This document shows positions 40,583 through 53,679 of a stretch of 64,000 nt of DNA, piece by piece. The notes beneath the pieces were generated by a model. That model saw only the letters and a program-made list of their open reading frames with translations, searched no databases and was not told the DNA's origin. The position numbers and the translations under genes are program-made. The stretch is from positions 14,446,001 through 14,510,000 of the forward strand of contig CM068754.1 of NCBI GenBank assembly GCA_035084275.1, written 5' to 3'. The stretch comes from Hydrolagus colliei. Its lineage: Eukaryota. Positions within the stretch are counted from its first letter, which is position 1; each line of letters begins with the position of its first letter.

Positions 40583-42859
40583 GGGAATATTTTCTATTCA
40601 ATGGCAATTACTCAGAGGGAGATCAAACAAGGGTTTTCAATTTCTATTTACATACACCACCTCAGGTTTGATAGCACAAATGTGGCAAAAAATATTATTT
40701 TCACACAAAACACACTATCCAGTTCAAAATAAGTAGCCGTCATGAAACTTTTAGCCCGACAGCAGCTGTGGTTGACATCCTGAATGTTAATTTGCAAAAT
40801 TCTGACTCCACAGTTAACAGCTATGTAATTTGTAGATGCAGTCCAATCTTATGATTGAATGTCACAAATATGGAACAATTCTGCAAACAGTTATCTTAAA
40901 ATAAAACCAGCAAACAGCCTGCTTAAAGCTGGCATCAAGAAAATTGCTTTATTCCATCTTTTGCTCCTCAAGGCCAGTAATAGCTGCAGAATTGGTTCCT
41001 TGTCCCCGCACTTTGAGTCAATATGATTACCCACACTGATACCCCATGCTGCAATTTTTGAACCCACAGATGTTTTAAATACCAGTCCTGATCTTAATCA
41101 TTGTTGCATAATTGTTTTTTGAAGATTCTATTTATTTTTATTTTTGCAACGCTCAGAAGCTGATCTTTTTTGCCCCAAGTTTTAAGTTCTGTCAATTGGA
41201 TGTATGCAGTCATGTGGTCTGAGCGACAGGCTTGCTCAAGAAAAATGATTCATGCTCTAACCTGAAGATTACCAATGACAAGGTGACCTAAGCAGCTGAA
41301 AGGAATTAATACTGTCCATCCATCAGTAGCTTTCATGAAACATCTAGAGCTGCTTTTGGTCTTCAGATGCATGAATCTAAATGCATTAGGATTTAAATAA
41401 CGAGTATTTCTAATGAGGATTTCTTAATAGGGAATCTGAATTTGCTTAATTAATAGGTCTTCCCTAAGGAAGAACACAGGGATCGACTTGTAGAGTTGAG
41501 TTCCTGCAAATTTCTTCAGAAATGTTACACAGACCATACAGCATGGACACATAGCAATCTGTCCAATTGGTCCGTGACAGTGTTTACACCATGTGTGTAA
41601 ACACTCCTCCTAATCCGACCTGCGTACACCTCTCTATTCCCTTCTCCCACATTTATGTCCCATTCTCTTATGTTGTGTGACACATTCTATTGTTGGTTCA
41701 GAGATTTTGTTGAATGACTGCAGTGTGGCTCATCATTCAAGTCAGCAACTGATAATATTAGCGAACAAGAAATTTAACTTTTTTTTTACATAGCATGCAT
41801 GTGTCCTCTCAGAGCTGATTTATGTATTTATCTAGCAGTAGGTATCCAGCCAAACAATCATTATGTCTTCACAGAAGTGGCTCTCTGACTTTTGTTAAAG
41901 TTTCTACTTTGTCATCCAAAAAACGTTTTACTTTAGCAATCTGACAGGATAACTCAAACTAAATTTCTCAATGTGTATTATAGAAATATTAGCAAAACCC
42001 ACAGGCACTTCTGTAAAATGTCTAGACTGGTGCTTCATAGGAAAGAGTAGCTAAGTGTCACAAACTACTCTACTTCTATGCATTAATATGCCAATGGCAA
42101 CCAGCATTTGTTACTTAATGGATCAGAGTGATATTTCAGTGGGTGACAGCTCAAGATTAATATGAGGCATACACTCCACAACTACAGTATGCTCTGATAT
42201 TCATTGGAAATCATTACCTCTGGAAGGGATTTAAGGGAAGGGTTCAAGCACTCACATCTGCTGCCCAGCATAAAGGGTGCTATATAAATGCAAACATGTT
42301 GTTGTTTAAATTAAAATCTGTAAAATAACAGATCTTTTCCTTCCCAGTTTGAACTTCTTGTAGTGCAGTGAATTACCCAAAGCCCTGTGTTTTTTTACTC
42401 TCACTCACTCTCTCTCTCTTCTAACTGTTTTTTGATCAGATAAAATGCTCTCCTGAGATTTCCTGCATCTACACTTTCAAATAGACTCAGTACGACATTG
42501 GGTCAGAGTGAAAATGAAAATCACAGAGCGATTATTATTTTCTGGCTTTATGCACTGGAATAGATGGGAGGATATTCTTCAGGTTTCTCAAGTACAGCCT
42601 GAAACAAATTAAACACAATATGCTGCCTTCATAGGGGAATTATGTGACTGTTCAACTGCTGAACTTGCAAATAGGCTGAGATAATTTGCCTCTGAGAAAC
42701 AAAAGCTGTGAATAGCTTCTGGGTTCCCAAATGCATCTTATAGAAAGACAGCTTTTTGCCATCATTTGTTTGTGAAGACTGTGGGACTTGCTTGGTGACA
42801 GTGGGAGCAGAAGAAAAAGGAAAGGCACAACTGAAAGGGTGTCTTAAATATCATAAAAT

Positions 42860-42940
42860 AATTAGATTGAGTTGGACAGCTCTTTTCGGAGTTGGCGCAG
42901 ACACGATGGGCCGAATGGCTGTATGGTTCTATGATTCTAT
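42860..42940 (+). mobile_element. CR1 3' tail fragment
   Basis: ggcgcagacacgatgggccgaatggc...ttctatgattctat. Confidence 0.75.
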
Positions 42941-43124
42941 CTGTAAAATCACTGTTATTCAGTACTGTTTAAATGTTTACCGCTGAATATAGTTGGACAA
43001 ATGGACATTGTTTTGTCTATAGTCTGTCTTGGTAAAACGTGATAGGTATTTTAATAGACAGCTTCCTTGAAAATGAACTGATTTGACATATGAAGGGTTT
43101 TGTTTTTCACTCAATTACTGCAAC

Positions 43125-43240
43125 TTTCACCCACAAATATACAGTCACTTCACTTTACAGTATATTCTGTGAAGCGCTTTGAGAGCCAATAAAATGTGAA
43201 AAGCGCTCTATCAAATGTAACGATTATTATTATTATTATT
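43125..43240 (+). mobile_element. Headless SINE tail
   Basis: tttcacccacaaatatacagtcacttcactttacagtatattctgtgaagcgctttgag...(TTA)n. Confidence 0.88.
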
Positions 43241-45904
43241 CGTGCTGATTAACTGAATCCAGAGAGGATTACGGATACTGAAATAGCACTACCATATATT
43301 CCATTTCTCACTGTACAGTAAAATACTGTAGTGCATTTCTGAGGCTGTGTTAATTCCCATTTCTCCTTCCTTTACTTACGTTTACACCTGAAAAACTTTT
43401 TTTTTTAAAATGATCTTGGTTTTGTGGAATACTAAAATGTTTTCCGGTGTCCAGGAGATTTAACATAAGCAAACGTGCTCAGGTAAATTGATTTTGAATA
43501 CATTTCTGCTTGGCAATAAAATTCACTACTGAAACTTTCTGCTACCTAATTGACTTCAAATTCTGGTCAAACATTTCTGCTCCTTTCTCTTTATTTTTGC
43601 AAACTTGGGCCTGGAGATGTATGATCACATACACTGCAGAATGTACTACCCGGCCTTGTGTCATTGAAAACACAAGATGAGCAAGTTTCTAAGAATCATT
43701 CTCAGTATAGAATTATAGACACTTCAGCATGGAAGAAAGCCATAGTTTTCCTGCTGTGCAAGCTCCTTACTGGCGTTAACTACTCTAATCCTATTTCCCT
43801 GCTCTTTTTTTCCTTTTCATATTGTTGTTCGTCCAATGTTTCACAGTGTTTTTTAATTGACTTGGTTTCAAGGCCGCTTGTAAGAACACATCCTTCTAGA
43901 TCCCCACAGTGCTTTCAGGAAGAAATTCAGCTCTCATAATTACATTAAGAGAAGGTCTGTTTTAATAGATTGCTTGAAACCCTTGATTAGGTTAGTGAGC
44001 CAGTGCGATTTGCACCCATGGATTTACACTGTGCTGGTGAGAACTATGTTGCTACCTCTGACCTTTCGGAATTGCAAGATTTTTAAAAAACCATCATGGA
44101 AGGCAAAACTGAGTAACCTTTACTATGGGTTACCAGGAATGGTAGTAGAGCATATTCAACTTGTTTTAAGCAATGTGTTGATAATACAAAGGGAAGACAC
44201 ATTCAGAAAGGATGAGATCAAATGGCCAAAAGGATTTTTTCATGCAAACTTCTCTTGTATTCTTCACAAATCAAGTCCCCAATTCTGTAATATGAGATCA
44301 AAAGAAATATTGGCAGATTTCTCCAACATATATCATGTGTAAGCAACTATTATTTGGCCTATATTTATTAGATTGAACAACGGTTTCATCCTCTGACTGA
44401 CAATTTTGACAGCATTTGAGCTTTCCTAAAAGCCTTGTTGTGCAAAACTCAGATCACTCACCTCTTAACCCACAGTACAGCATGATTAGCATTTTCTAAT
44501 GTCAGGTTCAGTTGCCGCTTTTTCATTCTGAATGTTGCGTGTACACTTTGTGCTTCCATGGACAGTGCAGCATTCACAGGTATCATGTAAAGTAGAAGAA
44601 ATCTTTGGATTTTGACCCGATTCTGTTTTCAGGCATTGAAGAAATAAATATTGAGTGAGATATTCCTCAGACTGTCAGAGCTCATTTCGTCATTGATGTT
44701 ATCATTAATGGCCATCTGTGAGAGCTGGCCACAAGAGCTGATTTCAAGTCTCCAATTTTGATGCAAAATGCTTCAGTCTGCTCACCAGGTTCACTGCATT
44801 CTATGACTTTATCGCATTATTTTCTCCACTAAGATTGAAAAAGAATAAAATCGCAAGGTCAAGGGAGGAGATTAGCTTAATGATGCATACTTTTAGTCAA
44901 AGTACACAGGAACATAAGGAATAGGAGTAGGCTATTCAGCCCATTAAGCCTGTTCCGCCATTCTACAAGATCATGGGTGATCTGTGCCTCACATCAAAAC
45001 ACATTGTTAATCATTTTTATATGCTTCACATAGTCGCGGTTTACCATAACCATTCGTACAAGACCAAGGAATTGTTGTGTTGATTTCTCAATCCAATGAA
45101 ATTAGAGATTTCAAATTTAATAGCTTGGAGACTATATTGGGTGGAAATTGAGATTATTTTTCTATTACAAATTGATGTTAGTAAATCACTTCATCAGCCA
45201 TTGTGTTTCAAAACTAATTTTAAATTGATGGACATCAAATAGTCATAACAAGAATTATTTGTAATTCAGAAAATGTTCACCTCGCCCTCCCTCATATCAT
45301 CTCCCTCACTTGTTTTGTTCAAAAGAAGTCACAAATCATTATGGCTATCTGTGCATGTCACCACAAAATAGGTGACCCATTTTAGATTCTAAATCACAAG
45401 GTAGTGAGAGAAGACAGCTAAAGCTTCTCTGAAATGCATTCTATGCCACAATCAATATGTACTACTGTACTGTGGTACTCAGTGCAGATATCTGACAAGA
45501 CTGTATATTTGTGGGAATTATGGGGTTGTCAGTGCTACGTTCACGACTTTTAATCTTTACGTTAGTTTGTACCTCCACATCTTCTCACCTGCCAATTCAG
45601 CTATCAGCAGGAGCCCAAAGGAAATCAAGTAAATTCTCTACAATATTCATCCATCACTATAACTCTGCTTTTCACTCTGACTGACTTAGCTCCACAGATA
45701 ATATTTCCTGGAGGCCCAGCAGTATATAAATCATTGTATCCCTTGTAGTATATTCTTTCAAACTTTTGTCCTGCTTGAGGCTCTTAATTGTAAACGTTAG
45801 CCGCTCTTTCTCCTCTCACAGTCTATCTCAAGTACATTGGCTTTCAGCAGTATGAAGACTTGTTCTCTCCCCACCCCCAGCTTAATTTTTAATGTTTTCG
45901 TAAA

Positions 45905-46158
45905 GAAAACTTGCATTTCATATAGCTTTGTATCATGTTATTGAAACATTTCAAAGCTCTTCACAGAATTTATTGTGGAGTGCAGTGACCTTTCATTTGT
46001 AGCTAGACTGAACTGGTTTGTGGGCTTCTCCTCATAACTTATATAGTATAATAATAATCCTTGCATTTGACACAGCACTTATCACATCTTCTAGACGTCT
46101 CAAAGCCCTTCACAGCGTAAACTGCAAAGTGAATTGATGACATATTTGTGGGAGAAAC
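45905..46158 (-). mobile_element. Two consecutive SINE tails (about 45905-46000, older; 46050-46158, younger)
   Basis: Both show the cttgcattt...tcaaag..cttcacag...gtga pattern. Confidence 0.75.
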
Positions 46159-47507
46159 TTAGTCCCAGAATCATCCTTTACCCTCCACTCCAATGCTTGA
46201 ATGTGTTTTCTGAGTTCGCACATCCAAACCTATTCACATTAGGATCAAAAACCCAGCAATTTCTTACAGAATCCTTCAACAACTGTCCTAGTGTTGCCAG
46301 TAGGGATATCTTGAAGTAGCCACAAGTATGTCAAGCCAATCATACTCGACGCTGTTTTCCTTTGTTGAAACCATTTAAATTGTCATTGATCCAATTTATG
46401 TATCATTAAAGTCATTGACATAGACTATTATTGTCTCTGTCTTGTCAAATGAGAATGGAGAGAATTAATTGTTCTTGATAAGTGCATTTTAGTTGATACT
46501 GACAAATTGTAAATACAGGACTTACAAGAGAGGTTTGGATGAAAAAAGCCCTTTCACCCATTTGATTTCATCTTTCCAAAGCTTCCACATATCCATCTTC
46601 CCAGCATTTAGCAGTTTATTAAATGACTCCAGCATCCTAGCCTAAACGATACTTCTGGTAAATCATTCCAGCTGTTCATTACTCTATGGGTAAATAAATA
46701 TTTCCTGATGATTCTTGCAATTTCCCCTTACAACTCCCAACCCAATGACCTCTTCCTCTGCTGTCATGGTGTATCAGAACGTATTGTCCTGAGCTTTCTC
46801 AATCCATTCAAAGTTTTATACACATCTATGAAGTCCCCTCTGAGACACAACAGAAGATGTAGGCAACACTTAGCACAAGGGTTGATGACACAGCAGTCCC
46901 CATGTGCCAGCTGATCTCAGCAGTTCTTCTAAGTAGGCGAGATAACTGCAAAAGGTTTCTTTTGGAAAGAAAAACAAATTTGCTTCACAACATGAAACTC
47001 ATTTTGCTGCAATAGTAAACGTGGGTTCCATCCTGCTAAATGAGAGTTTTAACAATCTCCACTTAGCCTGCGGTGCTCTTTCTGCGACTTAAATGTTCCA
47101 TGGGGACGAGCATTGTTCTTAAAGAATTCTCAAGTCGGAGAAGTTTACAGTGTGGAAGGAAGTTTTTCAGCCCATTGCACCCGCACCAGCTTTTGAAGAG
47201 CTCATTTTTGATACACCACCCCTGCCCTTTCCCCATATTCTTATTGGTTTTGTTTTATTTTTCATATATTTGCCTAATTTCCTTTTAAAAGCTGTACTGG
47301 ATTGAACTTCAACTATATATATTCATCCCTCCTAAACCTAATACCACTGACTCCTGCTCAATCCCCAGACCCCTTCATATTCCTCAACCAGCGTTTTGTG
47401 CCAGAAGTATTCACTATCGATCAGTTTCAAGGTTACAATCTGAATATCTTTCAATACTGTCCCATTACATTGTACACCATTGCTTTCTCATAATCCTGTA
47501 CTCGTGA

Positions 47508-47944
47508 AGTTCCTGTAGCTCAGTGGTTAGAGCACTCGCCTCACAAGTTTGAGACCTGTATTTGAATCCAGGCAAATCAGGGTGAAACCATGGGCAAGTT
47601 TCCTTACTCCGCACGCCTAATAATAATCCGTCCAAAAAAATAAATAAAAATTGGTCATTTTCAATCCACAACAGTGGGACACTGCTGTGCGCACTTGGCT
47701 GCCGCATTTTGCCCACTAATATAAAATAAATAATAAATAATCCTTGCATTTGATACAGCGCTTTCCACATCTTATCAACGTCCCAAAGCGCTTCACAGAA
47801 TATACTGTAAGGTGAATTGACTGTATATATTTGTGGGCGAATATACAGTCAATTCACTCTACAGTATATTCTCTGAAGCACTTTGAGAGGTTGATAAGAT
47901 GTGAAAAGCGCTATATCAAATGTAAGGATTATTATTATATTAGT
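47508..47944 (+). mobile_element. Full-length SINE containing an inverted copy of its own tail
   Basis: Head tcctgtagctcagtggttagagcactcgcc; inverted tail at 47715-47840; forward tail at 47841-47938. Confidence 0.9.
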
Positions 47945-49044
47945 ATTGGTATTGATACTGGGCTATTGCAGGTCTTACTGTCCCTCCATCTTCCTCCTTT
48001 ATTTTTATGATGATCGTTATAAATGTATCCTTCCACATTGCTACCTCACTGGCATATGGATGTACTGGTAGTTGGCCCTTATTTAACTTGCTTCATTACA
48101 CAGTTGTAGAATAGTTACATTCCCCTGACTGTTCAACGCCTTGGGATATCCTCCCTACGTTAAATGCGCTCTACAAATGTAATTTTGTTGTTGCTGTTGA
48201 ACATTGGCAAAAAGTTGGCCATCCCTGAGATTTAACTTATCAAAAAAAAACTTCACATTTTTGAATACCTCTAGCGGGTTTCCTCTTGCTTTTCTGATTT
48301 ATACATGGAATTTGAGGATGTTTTGTAAAGAACATTACTGAGATGTCCTGGTAGGAAAGTAGAATTATAATTGTTTGTCTCAGAACTCAATCAGGACAGT
48401 AGTTAATGTGAGATATCAAGCAGCGAGAGAATGTTGATGGCCTGAAACATGAATACATTAGAAAGGCAGGCACACCATTTAGACTAATTGTGCCCAATTG
48501 TTTCAATAAGCAAAATTATTGTCTATCTATCTGCTTTTAGTCCTATGTTGTTCACCCTTGACTGATTGATGTTCAGGAACCGTTATATCACGAGCCTCTC
48601 TTTCATGCCAGCAGCTCAGGAATATACTTGGATTCAGTCATTCTCTATCTGTGCTTATTCCATTAACCCTCAATTCCTTTCCTTAAACAGATATTCATCC
48701 AGTTCTTTTTTTAAGGATAATGTACTAATTGGTTTACTGAAAGTCTGTTTTCTATGGCCACCATTCTACAGGAAAAATAATCCTCTGATCTCAAGTCATG
48801 CTGCCGGCTTGTTAGTGTTATACTCTGGTTCTGAGGACGTGTGCTCACAATCGGGGAAGGTATTTGAAGTCTGACCATGTTTCTGAAAGTACCACAGTTC
48901 TCCTTTTTTGATGAATAAATTCATCTGTACATTTCTAATGTGCAAGCTGTCTGTTTTATTTCTCAATAAAATGATACATGAGAGAGGTAACGGACTTCAT
49001 CCTTGGTGCTTGAGTGTTTCCATATTTGTCATATTTGTAGTATT

Positions 49045-49345
49045 AATAATGATCCTGTCATTTGATATAGTGCTTTTCACAATGGGAGGATATTTCCAAG
49101 CGCTTCACAGGATGTGTTGTAAAGTGCGGTGATTGTATTTTGTAGACAAACACGACAGCTAATTTTGAGCACTGTAATGTCTGACAAACCATGAAGACAT
49201 GAAGTGAATGACCAATTATATTTATTTTTTGAGGATTTGTTGGCCAGGGCACAGTGAGAAACTCACACTTTTCTTTTTGAGTAGAGCCATGGTATCTTTA
49301 ACGTCCCCCTGAACATTCAGATAGGGTCTTACTTTAATGTCTCAT
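49045..49345 (-). mobile_element. Older Deu/SacSINE1-like SINE
   Basis: atttgatatagtgcttttcac...aagcgcttcacag...gttggccagggcac...tagagccatggtatctttaacgtcc...tttaatgtctcatcc. Confidence 0.82.
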
Positions 49346-49528
49346 CCTCCAGTCTGGCACCCATTCGTGTTTTCCTTTTATATGAATGTGTACTAACATT
49401 AAGTTGGTACACAACTGTGTTCATCTGATTTGTGCACAGATTTCATTTTTGATAGCCGCTGTAAGGTTAGTTACATTGATAACTGATTCCATAGAGGGTG
49501 TGATGACCTTCTCGGACTGGGCCTTTTA

Positions 49529-49579
49529 ATCACCTGCAGTTCAAGTCATGATCACATCCTGACTTGAACTGCAGGTGAT
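49529..49579. repeat. Perfect 20-bp inverted repeat with 11-nt spacer
   Basis: ATCACCTGCAGTTCAAGTCA (49529-49548) and TGACTTGAACTGCAGGTGAT (49560-49579). Confidence 0.95.
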
Positions 49580-50728
49580 AAACTTCACCTTGTGCTCGGT
49601 TCCCTCCAAATTTCCCTATTCTCCACTCTAACACAACTGCATCAAGCAGCGTAATATGAGAGATTTTAAACCTGTGGTGACATGATTGTTATTCCAACTT
49701 TAATTAATGTTATTTAATTTATTGAAACAATTGGTGCTAAAACCGCATTTGTTTCCAGGAATCAATATAGGTGTCTTTAGGGACTGATGCTGGTTGGTAG
49801 TGCTTTGCTGAAGTCTTGCCTTTTTAGTTACATAGGGCTGCTGCACTCACCATCTTAAGCTTTGGTGCCGCGCTTGCACAGCCATCAGCAGTTTAATTTG
49901 CATCCTATTGATGCGAATGGAATTCTTCAGCTTCGAATTACAATGCATTTACATGCATTGAGCCCACAGCTGTAATTTACAGCAGAAGGCTTTAATGCAA
50001 AAGCGCTGGGAAGGTACAGAGTTGCCTGGCACTAACCTTTTTTGAAATAAGGGTATTTGTCTAATCTGAAATTGCAGGCAGGCGGACAAACGTTCTTAAA
50101 TGCCAAGGCTGCAGATTTGGACAGTAGCAGAGCAAAAAATAAAACAGTCTGTCCTTTTGTTTGTTCAAGCCTTGCATTAAATTTGATAGGAAGATTCGCA
50201 GTGGTACTGATTCCGACAGGATTATGAAAAAAACATGGAAAAGCTCCCAATATCAATGCGAACCAATTTCAGGCGTATTTTTCCAGCACATTGAAGGTCG
50301 CGCTGTTAATTTGCCTTCACTACAAAATTAATGGAACTTCAGCTTTTATCCTTGATAAAGGAGAAGCCAGTCACCATATCACTGGCTTCTCAAGTAAGCT
50401 TACTGCAGATCAATCTGGGCTGAGAAATTTGATGGGACTATCGCAGCATGTCTTCATCATCAGAAGTTCAATTCATTTGCTGCCAAGGAAAATTCAAACT
50501 ACTTCCCGGAGGTAAGCTTTGTTCCAAGGCTGATCATTTAAGTGATTGTGGGCCGCTGTTTGCAAAGCTTTGTTAATGTATTCAGTGGAAACGTGGTGGA
50601 AGAGTACATCTGTGGAGATTTTGTCTTGCAGTGAAGCAGTTTAGCCAGAGAGTGATCAGTATATCTTGGGAATTCTGAATCTTAATCCCCGAATCTTCAT
50701 CAAGTTCCTATGCTGTTAATATCTACAT

Positions 50729-51250
50729 TCCTGTAGCCAATTACAGTAAAAGCCCATTGATCTGACACCCTCAGGACCTGGCCAATGCTGGTTAAACCGC
50801 CTACCGGATATTTGGCAAAAAATATATATTTTTTCAAAACATTTTTCCAGATAAATTCCGGTTAATCGAATGTGGACCTTTTTTTTGCGATGCTGGTTAT
50901 ACGGAAGTTATGGTTGAACAGGTGCCGGATAAACAAGCTTTTACTGCCTTGCAAGCAAGAGGACCCGGGTTCAATTCCCAATCAGGGCAAAACCGTAGGG
51001 ATGTTCTCGTACTCCACACCCCTCTGTTTACCTAGTGGTACGTAGGAACCCAGTTGTTAGTCAATTGGTGGATCGCCCTCCATGGGTAATAATCCTTCAA
51101 AAAAAATTGGGTCACTCAAGGAACATTGCTGTGTGCAGTTGGCTGCCTCAAAATATACAGTCAATTCACCTTTGAGTATATTCTTTGACCCATTTTGAGA
51201 GTCTCAACAATGTGATGAGTCACCATATCAAATGCAAGGATTATTATTAA
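50729..51250 (+). mobile_element. Long-form SINE interrupted in its head by a MITE
   Basis: tcctgtagc at 50729; head resumes at 50947 with ccttgcaagcaagaggacccGGGTTCAATTCC; standard tail to (TTA)n at about 51248. Confidence 0.85.
50744..50946. mobile_element. Non-autonomous Tc1/mariner (pogo/Tigger-like) MITE, about 200 bp
   Basis: 26-bp imperfect TIRs: left CAGTAAAAGCCCATTGATCTGACACC, right (reverse complement) CAGTAAAAGCTTGTTTATCCGGCACC. TA immediately precedes the left end. Confidence 0.8.
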
Positions 51251-52659
51251 TATCTAAATCAAGCTGTTTAGTTCTTATGAATGTTGCCTTTGTCTCGCTG
51301 ATACTGGATTCTTTCAGAGTTGTACACTGGTTTCTTCTCTTGAAACTTTTATGGAAATACATACATGTTTTCAATGCACAATGTTCTAAAGTAAACTTTG
51401 AGAAATCAATGGGATCTAAAACATTTTATCTTTTTGCTCTAACCTCTGGTTCGTGATGCAGAAATTCGTCCATATTCATCAAAGGGTTTCTCTTCATTGT
51501 TCTGACAGCAAGCTTTTAAAATATTAGCCAGTATACTCTTTCAGTATAAAAAAAATCAACAATTATTGCCTTGCTTGACATGGGGTGAACTTTGGGGCTC
51601 TCTTGATTCCGATCAAATGTATTTAGTGTCAGATGGTTTCAGTATATTATGTGTTCAGCTACCTCTTCTGCAGAATTGTATTTTTTTTATTGCTTGCTAC
51701 CTTTGCCTCTCAGGGTGTCACAGCTAGTAAATGAAATCCTGACCCCAGTAAATAATAATCTACAAATTGTGTAACTGATGTTTGAAGAGAAAGTTGCCAC
51801 GTATTTGACAACCAACCATGTCTATTAGGGTAGAAGGAGCTTGGCCTTTAGTAGTGAGGACTAACTAGTGAGGACAAAGTAGTTCTTCAGTTAAAAAAAA
51901 TGTAGTTTACTTAAATGAGTTAAATGAATCCACTGTTCGCCAATGTCTTTTAATTCCTGAATAATTCAGACCATATATTCCAGTAGAACATACCCTCGAT
52001 TAGCTTGAAATGCACACTGCTGCGTTTCCCGTCGAGTCACATCAACCACCCTAAACTTGCAGATATTACTCATCCTACATATTAGATCTTCCATAAAAGA
52101 TAATTTCCCTAATTACATATTTAAGAGCCATCACCACACTGTTAGGGAAAGATGGCGTTATAGTGATTTAAGATCCTTTTGAAATCAGAGTGGTGCACCT
52201 GGATCCCATTAGAAGAGGTGATTAGATCACCCAAAAAGCCATAACTGGAAAATTATATGTGAATAACGCTAATTAATAATATCAGAAAGTAATTTAAAAG
52301 TTCTACAGTTTGAGCCCTGATGGCTTCAAGATTAAGACGGCTTTCTTTGCCTTCAGATGCTTGTTTTTGGAATCCAGTTCAGAAATGATTGATGAGGCCT
52401 GCTCTCGATGATGAGAGTGAAGCTCCCACTAGAAACGGTTACCTGCATTCGCAGTCTGTTCCCCAACCCACACAAATGAATGCTTGGCATATGCTTCTCT
52501 TAATCTGTCTTCCGAGCCCCGGAAGCCCAAATCTTAGGATGGTTGGGGCTGCTTTTCCAGAGGGAGAAAGGACAAGCTAACCTGGCCAACATTGCACCCC
52601 CTTCAAACATTCTGTGCAGCTTGGATGGTTGATGTGTTTTTCAAAGATATATATCATGT

Positions 52660-52963
52660 TAGTGCTGGAGGGAAGTGTTCTAATGCCAGAGGTGTCTACC
52701 TCTCAATGAGATATGAAACCGAGCTCCTGACTACCTGATGGAGGATAAGGATCCCATGGCTCAAGTCAAAAAGAGAGTGAAGTTTTCCCCGGCCAACAGT
52801 CCTGTAGACAAAATCAATCATTCGCTTCATCGCAGTTTGTGGGACATTGCTCTGTGCAAAATTGGCTGATGGTTTGTCTGCAAATTACACTCATAACAAT
52901 TTTCAGTAAACCCTGTGACATTCACCGAATATAAAGGGTGTACATTAAATGCAAGGATTATTA
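52660..52963 (+). mobile_element. Older Deu/SacSINE1-like SINE
   Basis: agtgctggagggaagtg...gaggtgtc...atgagatatgaaaccgag...gatcccatggc...gtttgtgggacattgctctgtgcaaaattggctg...aaatgcaaggattatta. Confidence 0.8.
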
Positions 52964-53379
52964 CTGAGGCTTGTGCTCAATTTTTAGAGACAAAACCCTG
53001 GGTTAAAATGGTGAAGAGTGAAATAACTATGGAGGGAAGAAATTAGAAATTTTGAATTGGGAGTTGTACTTAATAAACTTTGTCGTTCAATCAAAGTATC
53101 CTTTTTTCTCTATTGATGTGGTCTAGCAAACAATGCAAGCTTATGGAAGTGCGTTTCTGGCACTGTCAGATGCTGGTGAATGTGATACTTTCCAGATCAA
53201 ATATAAAAGAAAAAAATCTGATTGATGTTAGAGGATACAGATACTTTGCTCTCAAAATCTAGCTCTAGGTAGGAGCTTAGAACATTTGTTTTATGTTTTC
53301 ATGCAATTTACCTCACTAGCATCAATACTCTTTTTAACTGTATCTCCCTATAGCATGTTTAGGCTTTAATACATTGTTA

Positions 53380-53679
53380 TAATAATAATAATCCTTGCTT
53401 TAGATATAGAGCTGTTCACATCTTCTAGCTGTCTCAAAGCACTTCACGGAATATCCTGTAAACTGAATTGACTATACCTTTCTGTGGGTGATACGCAGCA
53501 GCCAATGGCACACAGCAGTACCCCACAAACAGTCGTACATTCAAATGACCAATTTATTATTGTTTTTTTCTTGAGGGATTATTATCACGCTTGTGAAGTA
53601 TGGAAACTTGCCCAAGGTTTCGCCCTGATTGGAATGAAACTCAGGTCTCTCGCTTGTAAGGCGAGTGCTCTGACCACAG
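53380..53679 (-). mobile_element. Nearly full-length tRNA-derived SINE, about 650 bp upstream of the 130-bp exon
   Basis: Colinear with 19536-19845. Confidence 0.9.

Noticed and set aside
44548-44570. REST/RE1 site (CCATGGACAGTGC)
   Set aside because: Only the right half matches; the TTCAGCA left half is absent.
51852-51875. Short tandem duplications (also 1141-1158, 30748-30778)
   Set aside because: Ordinary slippage-scale duplications.
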